From Octopus sinensis (taxonomy: Eukaryota): 64,000 nt of DNA. Below, piece by piece: positions 1 through 14,603 of this stretch (the stretch's first letter is position 1; the number at the start of each line of letters is the position of its first letter). Made by a program: the position numbers and the translations under genes. The stretch covers positions 104,470,001 to 104,534,000 of the forward strand of contig NC_043004.1 of assembly GCF_006345805.1 (NCBI RefSeq). The letters are read 5' to 3'. The notes beneath the pieces are model-generated. The model was not told where the DNA came from. It ran no database searches and saw only the letters and a list, made by a program, of their open reading frames with translations.

Positions 1-145
1 CTTCAAAACTTACACTAAGAATAAGTACAAGGTAAAATTACTGCCTGCTTTTATAGCAAGTTGATGCAGGTAGTTTATCTCATCACCCCACTGACTTTTA
101 GTTCATGCAACTGAAAAAGCTGCATTATTTATGGGATGACCCAAT

Positions 146-162
146 ACATATATGTATGAATA

Positions 163-230
<68 letters not shown>

Positions 231-250
231 TATATATATATATATATATA

Positions 251-287
<37 letters not shown>

Positions 288-320
288 TATACGTGTGTGT
301 GTGTATATACACACACACAC
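146..320. repeat. (TA)n/(TG)n/(CA)n compound microsatellite
   Basis: Direct inspection. Confidence 0.95.
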
Positions 321-553
321 TGAGTATGTATATGGTGAGAGAGTAGAGTCGTTAGATAGATTTTTTTTTTACCAATACTATGAGATTGCTAACATTACTG
401 TAAGTTTCAGTGTGTATGTGTGTGTTTGTGTGCAATGTAGCAGTGATATACTAGGACAAAAAATCAATTAATTAAGTACCCCCCCCCCCCCCCCCCTCAG
501 CCATGCCCAACCAATCGAAAAGCCACGTACATCACTACATTCTTATATTTCAG

Positions 554-639
554 TGCTTTACAGATCTTCCGGAAGGAATCTCACCCATCAGTTTATAAAT
601 CTGGGCAGAGCTGTAGTAAAGAGGGATTCAGCTTATTTG
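554..639 (+). CDS. MSH5: MSH5 exon ([29 protein letters not shown])
   Basis: tttcag acceptor, gtaaat donor; ESHPSVYK...KEGxSLFG is characteristic of MSH5. Confidence 0.93.
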
Positions 640-3600
640 GTAAATGACATTTTGTTGGTGCTGCTGCCCTTGTTGTTGTTGCTGTTGCTGTTGCTGCTGC
701 TGCTGCTACTGCTACTGCTGCCTCCAGTTTTGTCTTTTAGACTGTTTTTGTTACAATTATTTTTTTTAGGTGTTGGTTTTTGTTAGCATTATTGTTACCA
801 TTTACTGCAATTACCATCATTGCTGCTGTTGTGTTGTTTACATCAAGACCAATGATAAAAGGGCATTCATTTTCCCTTTCATCAGTGACACTGTTATTAT
901 TTAATGTGTCTGTCCCCTTCTGTGATATCATCCTCTCTTGGTGTATATTAAACACTACTTTGTTTAATGTACCCTTTTATTTACTCTTTTACTTGTTTCA
1001 GTCATTTGACTGCGGCCATGCTGGAGTATTGCCTTTAGTCGAGCAAATCGACCCCAGGACTTATTCTTTGTAAGCCTAGTACTTATTCTATCGGTCTCTT
1101 TTGCCGAACCGCTAAGTTACGGGGGCGTAAACACACCAACATCGGTTGTTAAGCGATGTTGCGGGGGACAAATACAGTCACACAAACACACACACACACA
1201 TATATATATACATATATATATATGACGGGCTTCTTTCAGTTTCTGTCTACCAAATTCACTCACAAGGCTTTGGTCAGCCTGAGGCTATAGTAGAAGACAC
1301 TTGCCCAAGGTGCCACACAGTAGGACTGAACCTGGAACCATGTGGTTGGTAAGCAAGCTAGGTCAGAAATATTAAAACACCACAAGTAGGGGACAGGATA
1401 GCTAAAGATGTGGGTTAGAGAAGGAAGAGGGGATATGAAGAGGAAACATTGTTGAGAGAGAGGGTTTATTAAAAAAAATTTTTTAAGCAAGATGCGTTTT
1501 GAGGGACATTTGACTGTTGTTTCTAGCAGGTTGTGTGACTACTTAAAAGCTCCCTCATTGACTGATGTTGTTGTTATTGAAGCCTGAGGTATTATTGCTT
1601 GTACTGTTTGTTGTTGAGCTGAATATCAAAACATACATTGAGTGTTGGATAAAAGTGACAAAGGAGTTATTCCCCTTTACATTTTGAGTTCAAATCCTGC
1701 TGAGGCTGTCTTTGCCTTTCATTCTTCTGGAAGGAGAGTGATTTAAACAAATGCCAATTATTTACAGGGGTTGACTTAAGCAATTATGATCTTTCCTTCC
1801 AATTATTTTTTTTCATTTATTCTGAGGAATGGGAAGGCAAAATTCAAGACCTTTGCAAAGGTCTTGGACTGATGAGGCTGTTGTTTTTGTTTGGGTTCCT
1901 GTCAACTCTGGCCAAGCACATCTAGGATGAACAATATTCCAGCTTTGACACACCATCGCCATCGTCGCCACCATTGCCGTTATCATCATCATCCGTGTTG
2001 GCATGGGTTGGACAGTCTTACCAAAATCGTTTTGTTTTGTTTTGAATTTTTGTGTTGTTCTACATATTCTAAATTATTATTTGTGTTTTCATAAATGTTT
2101 AACTTGTTCTCATACTTAATCGCTTAAGTCTCATCGTCATTCCATAACTCCTTTGTCCTACCCAACATGTCTTTCTAAGCTCCTTGTTTAACGTTTTTTT
2201 TAGGTTTTTTTTATGCATCTTATGTTTTGATCCCTTGTAGTTAATAAAGAAACTATTAATTTTTTGAGAAGCAATTAGCAGAATCGTTTTAGGGCAGTGG
2301 TTCTCAAACTTTTTCAGGCTGCTGCCCTCAGGACACCCAGGCCACATTCCTAGTGCCCCCACCCCAACTAACCATAACAAACATAGACATCTTTCTGAAG
2401 TAAATTCAAAGCAACCGTATTTCACAAATAAAACTTAACCTAATGAACCCATTATTTTGTTGTTTTTACATGAACTGCTACCTCATTACCACCCCACTTT
2501 CCACCGCCCCCAGGGGAGCAGTACTGCCCACTTTGGAAACCACTATTTGGGGTGGTGGGGTCTAACAAAACACCAAAGTCATCTCTGCCTTTCATCTCTC
2601 CAGAACTGATAAAATAAGATTCCTGCCCACAACAGAATTAGAAAGCACTTGGTTAGGGTCTAGTTATAACATTCTACAACTCTACCCAAACTAGGAGCCT
2701 AGTGAACTCAAAGGTGCCTCTTAATACATTTTTCTCTGTGTGTTGAACAAAGGTACATCTTATGCTTCAGGGTATTCCAGTTGTAGCTGGTTACCTTAAG
2801 ACTGTCTTTAAAGTGTCCCTGGTATTCCAGATCTATTTGTTCTTTGGTGAGTAAATAACAGTTTAGTACTGAGTTCAGTTTAGTTAACTAACCCATCACC
2901 CCATAAATGTCAGACTTTCTAGCTATGTTAGAGCCAATTATTACAATGCTCATATACTAGAGCCTTGTTCACTAACCAGATAAATACTGGAGGATTGATT
3001 TAATTATTTTTAATATCATTGGTAATTTCTATTGATTATTAATTACCATTAGGCAAAACCTTATGTCCTAGCAAGGATAGTCACTATCCTGGTTTGATTT
3101 CCACTTGAAGTTAATTCCCTTCAAGTACACTGCAAATGTCTTTTGGAAAGGGATGACCATCACACAGTCCTATTTTGCTCTCCAAACAGTTTGTGGCTTT
3201 CTGTCCTAAAAACAATCATTGTTATATATTTTTATTACATAAGTTTTGGTATTATTTTAATTTCGATTTTATATTTTTTGAAATTTTTCAGGAATTCTCA
3301 ACAGATGCAAATCTCAACTTGGCAGCAAATTACTAAGGTAAACATGTTCTGGATCACTCTTTCGCTTGTAGTCACAGTATAGATATTGAGTAGTGGGGGG
3401 TGGGGGGAACAAGCCTATTGATTGAATCTAACTTGAGAAGAATACTTCACTACAACTGTTTTACTGAGTGGATGAGAATATACTGGGCTCTCCTCGTGGC
3501 CTCCGTAATGTTACATGACTGAGATGTTTGCCAATCTTGTATAGGAATGACACTTCATTAGCTTACTTCATCCTGTTGTAAGCCAACAGAGCACTTTACC

Positions 3601-6600
3601 AGATGCATAGTATGTCCTGTCACCTACATAGAAGTGTTGTTTGCCTTTGTTCGTATGTTTGTTTGATCAGGGCTGACCTTTTGCCAAACAACAACATCAA
3701 GAACATTGTAAGTTGATAATTGTCTCTTGGAGTTGCAGTATTCGCCTGAAACTCCACCACATAGCATTTAAAGACTTTTTCCTGAAGAATTTAGAACTTA
3801 GTATCCATTGATGGATATTTCTGATTATGAAGTCTGAAGAAATGACACTATTTACCACAGATACTAGAAATAGTAACCTAATTCTCCCTCAGTTCACATC
3901 TTAAAAATGAAGGGACACATTGCATAATGCCATTCTAATTACAGCATATCTGAAAATACATAGAATGCTTATAAGTGACATGCTTTTGATCATAAGTCCA
4001 GTAATTCTTGGTTATCCTGGGACAAATCAATAACAATAAAATAGTTCTCGACCGATTTTTTCATCTTAAACATTGATTCTAATGCTCTTAGTTATTTTTC
4101 TTATTTCAAGACGCTGGTTTTTAAGTCCTACAAAAAATGTAGAAATTCTTCAACAGCGCCACAGTGCCATTGCCTACTTTATCAACAAGTGCCAAAGTGA
4201 CATTGTCCGAAGTCTTGAAGGATGCTTACTGCATATCCGAAGTATCTCTGTAGGTTTGCACTCTCCTATATTCTCTAATCTGTTTAAATTTATAAGCTTA
4301 CCTTTTTGTAGTTTTTCAATTAATGTGTAACGAAGGATTTCATTTGTGTAATTGCTATATTTACTTTTATTCTTTTATCCTTTTACTAATTTCAGTCATT
4401 TGACTGTGGCCATGCTGGAGTACCGCTTTTAGTCAAACAAATTGACCCCGGGACTCATTCTTTGTAAGCCTATTAATTATTCTATTGGTCTCTTTTCCTG
4501 AACTGCTAAGTTACAAGGACATAAAGACACCAACATTAGTTGTCAAGTGATGGTGGTGGGGGACAAACACAGACACATATACATATATATACACATATAT
4601 ATCTATATGAGGGGCTTCTTTCAGTTTCCATCTACCAAATCCACTCACAAGGCTTTGGTCAGCCCGAGACTATAATAGAAGACACCTGCCCAAGATGTCA
4701 CCCAGTGGGACTGAACCCAGAACCATGTAGCTGGGAAGCAAGCTCCTTACCACACAGCCATGCCTATTGAAGATAGCTTTCATGTGCGGCAGATGCACAG
4801 GGGCAATAGACACCACAGGTACTCAGAAAACAGATTCCATCACACTCCAGGGGAAGAAACTAGAAGTAGTTGATAGTTTCTGCTACCTGGGTGACCAAGT
4901 TAGTAGTGGGGGTGGATGCTCAGAGAGTGTCACCACTAGAATACAAATAGCCTGGACAAAGTTTAGAAAGCTCCAACCCCTACTGGCGACAAAGGGTCTC
5001 TCGCTCAGAGTGAAAGATAGATTGTACGATGCATGTGTGCAAACTGCCATGCTTCACGGTAGTGAAACATGGGCTGTGACTGCAGAGGACATGCGTAGAC
5101 TTGAAAGAAATGAAGCTAGCATGATCCATTGGATGTGTAATGTCAGTGTGCACACACAACAGAGTGTAAGCACCCTGAGAGAAATGCTGGACATAAGAAG
5201 CATCAGATGTGGTGTGCAAGAGAGACGTTTGCGCTGGTATGGTCTTGTACTGCAGATGGATAAGGAGAGATGTGTGAAGAAGTGCTACACCCAAACAGTT
5301 GAAGGTATCAGGGGGAGAGGTAGACCCAGGAAGACATGGGATGAGGTAGTCAAGCATGACCTTCGAACGTTGGGCCTCACAATGACGAAAGACGGAGATA
5401 TGCTGTGACTACAAGGACACGGGCTGCTTCCTGCACCAGTTTCGCATAGCCCCAGCCCATCCAAAGTACCTTGGATTGCAGAACGACCTGCTATGCTTAC
5501 CTTGGATCATAGGGTGACCTGCTGTACTTGAGGAGACCTATTGAGTCAAGTACATCAACATCAAAATAAATATAAAATGGAAATTGTAGTTGTGATACCT
5601 GTGCCGGTGGCACATAAAAAGCACCATTCGAATGTGGCCGATGCCAGCACTGCCTTGACTGGCTTCTGTGCCGGTGGCACGTAAAAAGCACCCACTACAC
5701 TCACGGAGTGGTTGGTGTTAGGAAGGGCATCCAGCTGTAGAAACACTGCCAGATCAGACTGGAGCCTGGTGCAGCCCCCTGGCTTTTCAGGCCCCAGTCG
5801 AACCGTCCAACCCATGCTAGCATGGAAAACAGACGTTAAACGATGATGATGATGATGATGAATGAGAAAATCATTTTATTAACTTCTTCATTATTTTCAA
5901 AATTAATTGAAACACTATCGGTATATTCCAATAATAAAAATAAATGCACCCTTTTAAAGCCTAGGCAGGCTCATGGGCCCGGTTTCCTGGTTTCAATGGC
6001 ATATGTATTCCCCAGCTGGACGGGACGCCAGTCCATCGCAGCGTTACTCATTTTTGCCAGCTGAGTGGAGTGGAGCATCGTGAAATGAAGTGTTTTGCTC
6101 AAGAACACAAAACGCCACCCGGTCCAGGAATCGAAACCACAATCTTATGATCATGATGCTGACACCCTAACCACTAAGCCACGCACCTCCACCTTATTCC
6201 AATTGAAAGGATTAAATAAATCAAGAATTTTAAGAGACTTTGTTAAATAAACTAATATTTTCATTTATTGATATCCAAAACTGATGTTTAGAACACAACA
6301 AATATTATGGTGGAAGCTTCAAATCTTTATATATAAAAGTGAAGTTGTGTGTCTGTCTCCTACGATTTAGATTCCTAACTACTCCCACATTTTGCGGTGC
6401 AGTTTAACCAAAACCGGGTATCTTATAGTTGTGATTCATATCGAGCCCTTCTGGGTATTAGCGCGTGTCTACGATGAGTTTACAATTTAAAAAAAAATTT
6501 ACCATCATTTTTTTCCATTTTAATGCATTTTTTCGCTATTATATAAGGGAAATAACTCTTTAAAAAAAAATTTACCATCATTTTTTTTCCATTTTTAATG

Positions 6601-9600
6601 CATTTTTTTGCTATTTTTTGGCTATAACTCTCTAAAAATGCTTATATAGTTATTTCCCTTACAAACCTGAGCAACGCCAGGCGATACTGCTAGTATAAAT
6701 ATAAACACTTTGAAATGGATGGTTTCAGGTGAATTGGCATCATAAACATTAATGCATTTAGGTATATTTTATTAGATTGTTTAATGATGCTTTGCAGCTG
6801 CTATGTTTTGTTTTGGTAAGATGCAGCCATCTGCCAAATGTAGTATGGAGATGTGAGGTCTGTATGTAAGGCTTGTTGATGATAGGTTCTCATAATGGGG
6901 ACACCAGGGAAGAACATCAAAGAATAACACCCAAAAGGAAGGAATATTATTTACATCTTTTATTTGCCTGGCAAGTGGTTAGTAAGACAGCAGTAATTGT
7001 AGTCAACAGTGACAAGTGGTTTAGCTTCTGGTTGGTAGTCGATATTGTGGAAGATGCATTCTGCTAATAGAGAGAGAAAGAGTAGGGAATGCATGGTGCT
7101 GACAAAAGAGGAAGAAAGGATAAAGGTGGCATTGTCCTTTCTTGATTTCAGCTTCTCTTTGTATGGTGACTGAAGGATGAAGCCCCTGGTCATGGCTGAC
7201 ACAAAAGAGGTCAAGAAAGGAAATGGTCTCTGTTATATAGATGATGCTAGAATGTAGGTCAAATTCTAAACAAAGGATTAACCTTTTGGTGACCAGCAAG
7301 GTCCTAGGAGGTCAAGTGTTTTCCATTAATCATCTGGTGTGGAGATGTAAACACAAGGGATTTCTTGCTTGCTTGACAATCTACAATCTGGTGGATTTGG
7401 TTTCCAATTTCAGGTAGGCAGGGCCAACAAGGTGCTACAGCTTGTCATAAAACATAATAGTACATCAACAGACATTAGTACACCATGGTTGTCTTATAGC
7501 ACATTTGATAATCTGCAATCAGCTGTGGCAGTTTCTTGCACATTGTAGTACATTGTGAGATACTGTAGTTCATACTGTTTAACCCCAGGTCAACACTGAT
7601 TGAGCAGACCTATAATGAAAAGATTTCAAGCTGTGACCGTCTCATATTTATCCATATCAAGAACTACATTTTCTCTTTGTGTGATACATTTTAAAAAATT
7701 GTAGACTATAAGAGAATATAAACCAGTTGCTGAAGCATAAAAAAATTACTTTTTGAGCCTAGATTGATTCTTTTCTATGAATTTTCTAATGTTTCTCAAT
7801 TTCAAATCAAACAGCGAATATTAAGCCGAATGAAGCAGGCTCAGGTATCAATTGGAGATTGGCAAAGATTGTATAAGGTAAAAACTAAATCTTGTTCTTG
7901 CTTTTCTTTTGAATATAAATTCTTTTCATTCTTTCATGATTAAATATATGTAGGCACAGGAGTGGCTGTGTGGTAAGTAGCTTGCTAACCAACCACATGG
8001 TTCCAGGTTCAGTCCCACTGCATGGCATCTTGGGCAAGTGTCTTCTGCTATAGCCCCGGGCCGACCAATGCCTTGTCAGTGGATTTGGTAGACGGAAACT
8101 GAAAGAAGCCTGTCGTATATATGTGTGTATGTGTGTGTGTGTTTGTCCCCCTAGCATTGCTTGACAACCGATGCTGGTGTGTTTACGTCCCCGTCACTTA
8201 GCGGTTCGGCAAAAGAGACCGGTAGAATAAGTACTGGGCTTACAAAGAATAAGTCCCGGGGTCGATTTGCTCGACTAAAGGTGGTGCTCCAGCATGGCCG
8301 CAGTCAAATGACTGAAACAAGTAAAAGAGAAAGAGATGTGTACCTCAATGCCAAAGCAGATCTCACTGGTGCTGGTACCATGTAAAAAGCACCTTGTCCA
8401 TCCACTGTGTAAAGCGTTTGGCATTAGGAAGAACATCCAATGAGACAGCGAGGTTTGGTGCAGCCCTTTGGCTTGCCAACTCCTCTCAAACCATCCAACT
8501 CATGCTGTTATGGAAGATGGGCATTAAATTATGAGGATGCTTATTGTTATGGCCATATTCAAGTCAGATAATCAGAAGGGAGTTGTATCTGTTGTCCAAC
8601 CTGACCAATGTGTAACAAAGAGATGAAATCATTTTAATAATGATAAGATATTCTATGATGGTGATAATATATTAAATACTCATTACATCTTTGTAAGTAT
8701 ACCCACATTGGAGGAGATCATGCCTGTCAATTTTTTATTAAATACTGCAAAACTTAGCTCATAATTGTTGATATGAAGTCATTGGAAAGTAACATGTTTG
8801 TGAAACAGCTTCTGTTTTTTTTATTTCCCCCCTATTTTTTAAAGACAAAAATTTGTATTCATTTCATTTCATTTGAGTTTGAGTCCATGCTCAGGCCAAG
8901 TCGAAGACTCCACCCTCAGAGTCTGGTGTGGTTGCCAGGTTGTATTCTCTGTTTAATTTTGACATGTGTAGGAGCGAGTTTGAGTCAGTTTGTGCTCGTT
9001 GTGTATATCCTGGGAGATGGGGTTCATCTCTAATGGTGCTTAAGTATCTATCCAGCTGCAATTTGAATGATTCCACACTGCATCCTGATAGATTTCTGAC
9101 ATGTACCGGAATGGAGTTGAATAGTTGTGCTCCTCGAACCAACAGACTTGACTCTCGCAGGGTTTTTGCTGCCTGGCCAGCCTTTTTGTTGATTGGTGGA
9201 ATATTATGAATATTCTGAAATTCAATCTAAAAATGTCTCATTATATTACATACAAAGTACTGGATGTGATGTTTAAATTTTTTTATTAATATCCTGAATA
9301 TTAAAAATATTTCTTTGTTTCAATTTATATATATTGTATAAGGTGGCAAGGTGGCAGAAGCATTAGCACACCGGGCAAAATGCTTAGTGGTATTTCATCA
9401 GTCTTTAGGTTCTGAGTTCAAATTCTGTCAAGTTTGACTTTGCTTTTCATCCTATCGGGGTTGATCTAATCGACTGGCCCCCTCCCCAAACATTTTGGGC
9501 CTTTTGCCTAGAGTAGAAAGGAATTTATATATATATATGTATATATGGACAAATTAACAGCTGTAGATATATGTATATGTTTGTGTTTATGCAATCGTAA

Positions 9601-12600
9601 TGGTTACAACTAATCATGACTGTCATACAAACCATGTCATTCGTTTTCTATCTTTTTTGAAAACATGCCTGGCCTTGGAAAGAGGGTTAGCCACAAGAAA
9701 GGCATCCAACCATGGGAAAATCTGCCTCAATGAAATTGTCTAATCCTTGCAATGATGCAACAAATACAGAGAGGTGAATGCTATGATGATGACAGCACTG
9801 CTTGACACGTGTGTATACACATGCACACACATACACACACACATACACATACACCCACAGGAAATTGTATATACATTCCTGCAATGGTCCAAGTTGTTAA
9901 AGGCCACCTATTTAAGACTTAAGAAATGACAGAAACAGGTTCAATTGATGAATGGAACTTAAGAGTTTTCTATAAATAAAATGTCTAAGGAAGTAAAAAT
10001 AGGCTGCTATTAAGTAGGATGGGAGTTCACATGGCTTATACTGACTGCTGAATCTTGTTGCCTCTGCTTTCCATGTCAACTCCAATTAAGCACAACTATG
10101 ATTAAAAGCCATCACCATCCTGTATTTTTGTACTTTTGTTTCTTTTGTGCTTTTCAGCCACACAGCTGCAGCCATGCTGGAGCACCATATTTATGAGTAT
10201 TTTTTTTTTAAGACAGTAGGAATGGAATTTGAGATTTAGCTGCTATTTATTGAAAGTTGTTTGACAATGTAGAGGCTCTTTTGTTGATATTTAGATCTTT
10301 CGCACTGGCCTGTGAGATCCTTTGTAACTAACAAAGGACAATGGTACACAACATCAACTAGGCGACATAGTTTTAGTCGCTACCAGATATTTACTTTTAA
10401 TTCTCTTTTAAATATACCTTGTTTTTGCACCTGCACCTTGATAACAGCAAAATAAATTATTCTTATGCTTGACAAAAAATATATTCTCTCTTGACAGACA
10501 GTATACCATGCAATTTACTTAGCAGACATCTGTAAAGCACAAGACCAACAAATTTCTGTCTTTAAAAAGGTAAGCATTTTATAATATCTCAACAATATTG
10601 TATTCAGTATTCAAATACTCTTATTCTACCAACAAATTTGAATATACATATTGAAGAGTGAGCTGAGAGTTTGTGTTTCTGATCATTTATATACATACAT
10701 ACATACGCATGCACGTACGCACACGCACACATACCAGAAGTATGTATACCAGATAAGAAGATTCCCAAAGACCATGTATATGAGGTACAGGCCACCTACA
10801 AAAACACTCTTGTACACATCTTCATTTGAAAGACCATGAAATCTCTTTAGTTGAAACGTCGAAACGTGGTTGGACATTAGTGGTTATTGCATCCACTGGA
10901 TACGTGAAATAGACAAAAGTTAACAGCAGTAATTTGAAACGATAGACGCAACCAATGAATAAATAAACATAGCCTTGGGGCCAAACATGAGAATGATCGA
11001 TTAACGGCTGGGAGAAATCCTCAAATAGATATAAAGAACAGAACTGAGAAGAGAGAAGAAGGTAGGCCAGCACGCTGGGCATCCAGTGGCACAAAAGCAG
11101 ACGATAGAAATTTGTCTATTGTTTTAAATTACTGTTGTTTAATTTCGTACGTACAACCTGTATTATTTTATTTGCCTTAGCCCTAATTCTCCGCAAATCT
11201 TGCAAGTGCCGCCGATATTCGAAGTTCCTAGTTTTATCGTTTAAGGTAGTAGCATATTTCGGTCGATAACTGATGCAGTATTAGGCTTCTTGTGTCTGTT
11301 CTACATGAACATTCGGTATCATTTCATGCATTTTTTATTTATGGAATAACTGAATGCCACGCATCCTGACTTTTGTTAACAGTAAGTTTCGGTGACACGT
11401 AAAAGCACCATCCGTTCGTGGCCGTTTGCCAGCTCTGTCTGGCACCTGTGCGGGTGGCACGCAAACAGCACCCACTACACTCACGGAGTGGTTGGCGTTA
11501 GGAAGGGCATCCAGCCGTAGAAACACTGCCAGATCTGACTGGGCCTGACGAAGCCTTCCAGCTTCACAGACCCCAGTTGAACCGTCCAACCCATGCTAGC
11601 ATGGAAAGCGGACGCTAAATGATGATGATGATGAAAATTTTACCCAAAAATTTTTTGAAAGTTTTCACCAAAAATTTTTAGAAAATTTTCACCGAAAGTT
11701 TTACCCAAAAATTTTTGCTGAAAATTTTACCCAAAATCTTTTAGAAAATTTTACCCAAAAATTTTTAGAAAATTTTACACAAAAATTTTCCGAAAATTAT
11801 ACCTAGAAAATTTTCCCCAAAAATTTTTAGAAAATTTTCACCAAAAATTTTTAGAAAATTTTACCCAAAAATTTTTAGAAAATTTTCACCGAAAATTTTA
11901 CCCCAAAAACTTTTAGAAAATTTTCACCGAAAATTTTACCCAAAAATTTTTAGAAAATTTTCACCGAAAATTTTACCCAAAAATTTTCCGAAAATTTTCA
12001 CCAAAAATTTTACCCAAAAATTTTTCGAAAATGTATGTGGCCTGATGGAAGAACACCTTTCGTTTTGATCAGTAAAAGGATCATCTTCATCATCTTCCTC
12101 ATTGTTTAACGTCCACCTTCCATGCTGGCATGGTTGGACAGTTTGACAGAAGCCGGCCAGGCAGGAGTCTGCACCAGACTTATATGGCTGGATGCCCTTT
12201 CTAACACCAACCACCCAGCAGAGTGCATTTATATGTTTTAAAGAACAAAACAAAATGGAAACATCTTGACACTAAATTGAGGGTCAGGGTGCAAGAACTA
12301 TTCTACAAGTATATAAGACACTAGATTATACTGCAGAAGACCATTGTCAGTCAGTTGATTGAGTGTTGCTTAATTAGGTACTCAGATGGTGGTCTTTTAG
12401 CTTCTACTGGCCAAGTCCACTCATGGATGGTAAAGCTCACTCCAATTAATAATGGCAGCTCTATGGAATTCATAAGTAATCTGTTAGCTTGCTATAGTAG
12501 AATCAATTCCTCCTGTGAATCTATGATACAGAAGTCTCTTTCCTATCCAGGGGAAATTTGTCTCTCATCAAAACCTAGAGATAGGTATCTGTCCTGTGGT

Positions 12601-14551
12601 TCCTTCAGATTTGTGAAAGAGTTAGATTGTACTATACAGCTGCTACAATATTTCAAAATAAGACTATGCTGTATTGAAACTAGTTTATATTATATAGAAT
12701 TTAGACTATAGTGTATAGGAAATAGTATGCACTTAACAGTAACTGGTCTGTGCTGCTAGAAACTCCTCTCTTCTATACAGCAAATACACTAGTTTGTACT
12801 ATACAGATATAGAATGTATTGCAAATAATGTGTGTTTTAGATGTTATATCCTAAAATATGTTGTTGTGTGTTTCAGATAAGTTCCACATTCACAGAAGAT
12901 CTTTACAGAATTGCTTCTTTGATTAACAAAATAGTAAGTTTATTTTTTTTAATTTGACCCTGCAATCTTTGATATGTTATTATCACTGCTGCCACTGGCC
13001 TGTTGCTGTTTTTGTTGTTGCTGTTGTTATTATGATTGTAATACTTGTCAATGTTGTTGTTATATCAATAATCAATGGTGTTATTGTTTTAAGTGCTATA
13101 ATCTGATTTCTGTTGCTATGGTTATCATTGCGGTCGATATTGATACTTTTTCTCAAAATTACTTATTTTTTTAACTGAAAAATATACCTTACTACTATTG
13201 AAAAGTACTGTTAATCCATGATCAATTATTCTGTCTAGCTCAGTCTATAATAAGCACCATATTCTCTTGGTGGTTTTTTGTAGTCTAGTAAGGAGGGATA
13301 GAGGGGTTCAACCCCACTGTGGCTGTTTTATTTTATCCCAGACCTATCATTTATATTCCCATTGCTTTCGTGTGTGTGTGTGTGTGCTTGTGTTTGTGTG
13401 TGTGTAAGTGAGTGAATGTGTGAGTGAGTGAGTGTGTTTGAGTGAGTGTGTGTGTGTGAATGTGTGTGAGTGAGTGTGAGTGAGTGTGTGTGTGAGTGAG
13501 TGTGTGTGTGTGTGAGTGAGTGAGTGTGTGTGAGTGTGTGTGTGTGAGTGAGTGTGTGTGTGTGTGAGTGAATGAGTGTGTGTGTGCTTGTGTTTGTGTG
13601 TGTGTATGTGTGTGTGTGAGTGAGTGTGTATGTGTGCTTGTGTTTGTGTGTGTGTGTGCGTTGGGCCTTTACCTTTTACTTGTTTCACTCATTGGACTGC
13701 AGCCATGCTGGGGCATTGCCTTGATGGGTTTTACTTTAAGGGATCAACACAATTATTACCGTTTTTTTTTCTAAGTCTGGTACTTATTCCATCATTCTCT
13801 ATTTCTGAGAACGATAAGGATGGTGATGGAAACAAACACACACACACACATGTGACTGACTTCCACACAGTTTCCATCTCCCAGATTCATTCACAAGACG
13901 TTCATTAACCATCGGCTATAATAGAAAACACTTATCCAAGATGCTGTACAGTGAAACTGAACTCATAACCATACTGTTGCAAAGCAAGCTTCTAAGGCAT
14001 CCAACCATGTCTGATCCTTTTCTTTTCTACCGCTGACCACTCAACTGTGGCGTATGAGTGGAGTTATCTACCTTGATAAGAGAGATTCAATACAATAATT
14101 GCAGTGTGATTTGAACTTACGACCATATATGGTCAGCGGTTCTGTTTCTTAATCTCACAGTAATTTCAATGCTGGCAAAGTAAGCGGCATCACATCTTCA
14201 TCCATCGTCATTCAAATCACCATCACATTCTCCGCATATTTCGCATAAGCAAAACAGATTGCCATGTAATACCATCCTATGTGAAAATTCAACAGTGATT
14301 TTCCTTTTTTTTTTTTAGGTCGATTTCACAGAATCAAAAGCCCAGAATCGCTTTGTTGTGAAAGCCAATGTGGACCAAAATTTGGATGACAGTAAGGTCC
14401 TCATTTGTTGTTAACTTTATTAATCCTGTTTACATGCAAAACCCTCACATCTACACCCACTCACACACATCCACACACCTTTTTTTTTTGTCTTGTCCTG
14501 TGCTGTCCATAATGTTTTTCGTCATGTAAACCCTTGTAGATAATAAGGAAA

Positions 14552-14603
<52 letters not shown>

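Noticed and set aside
129-346. YI-repeat ORFs (and similar HT, poly-I and poly-L ORFs at 13347, 14451, 28172, 42486)
   Set aside because: Translations of microsatellites.
6850-7500. Possible Penelope RT remnant (ISFLDL) on the minus strand
   Set aside because: Single short motif; spacing to other RT motifs does not fit; too decayed to call.
10820-10870. Hammerhead-like gaaacgtc motif
   Set aside because: No intact CUGANGA core or stem II found.
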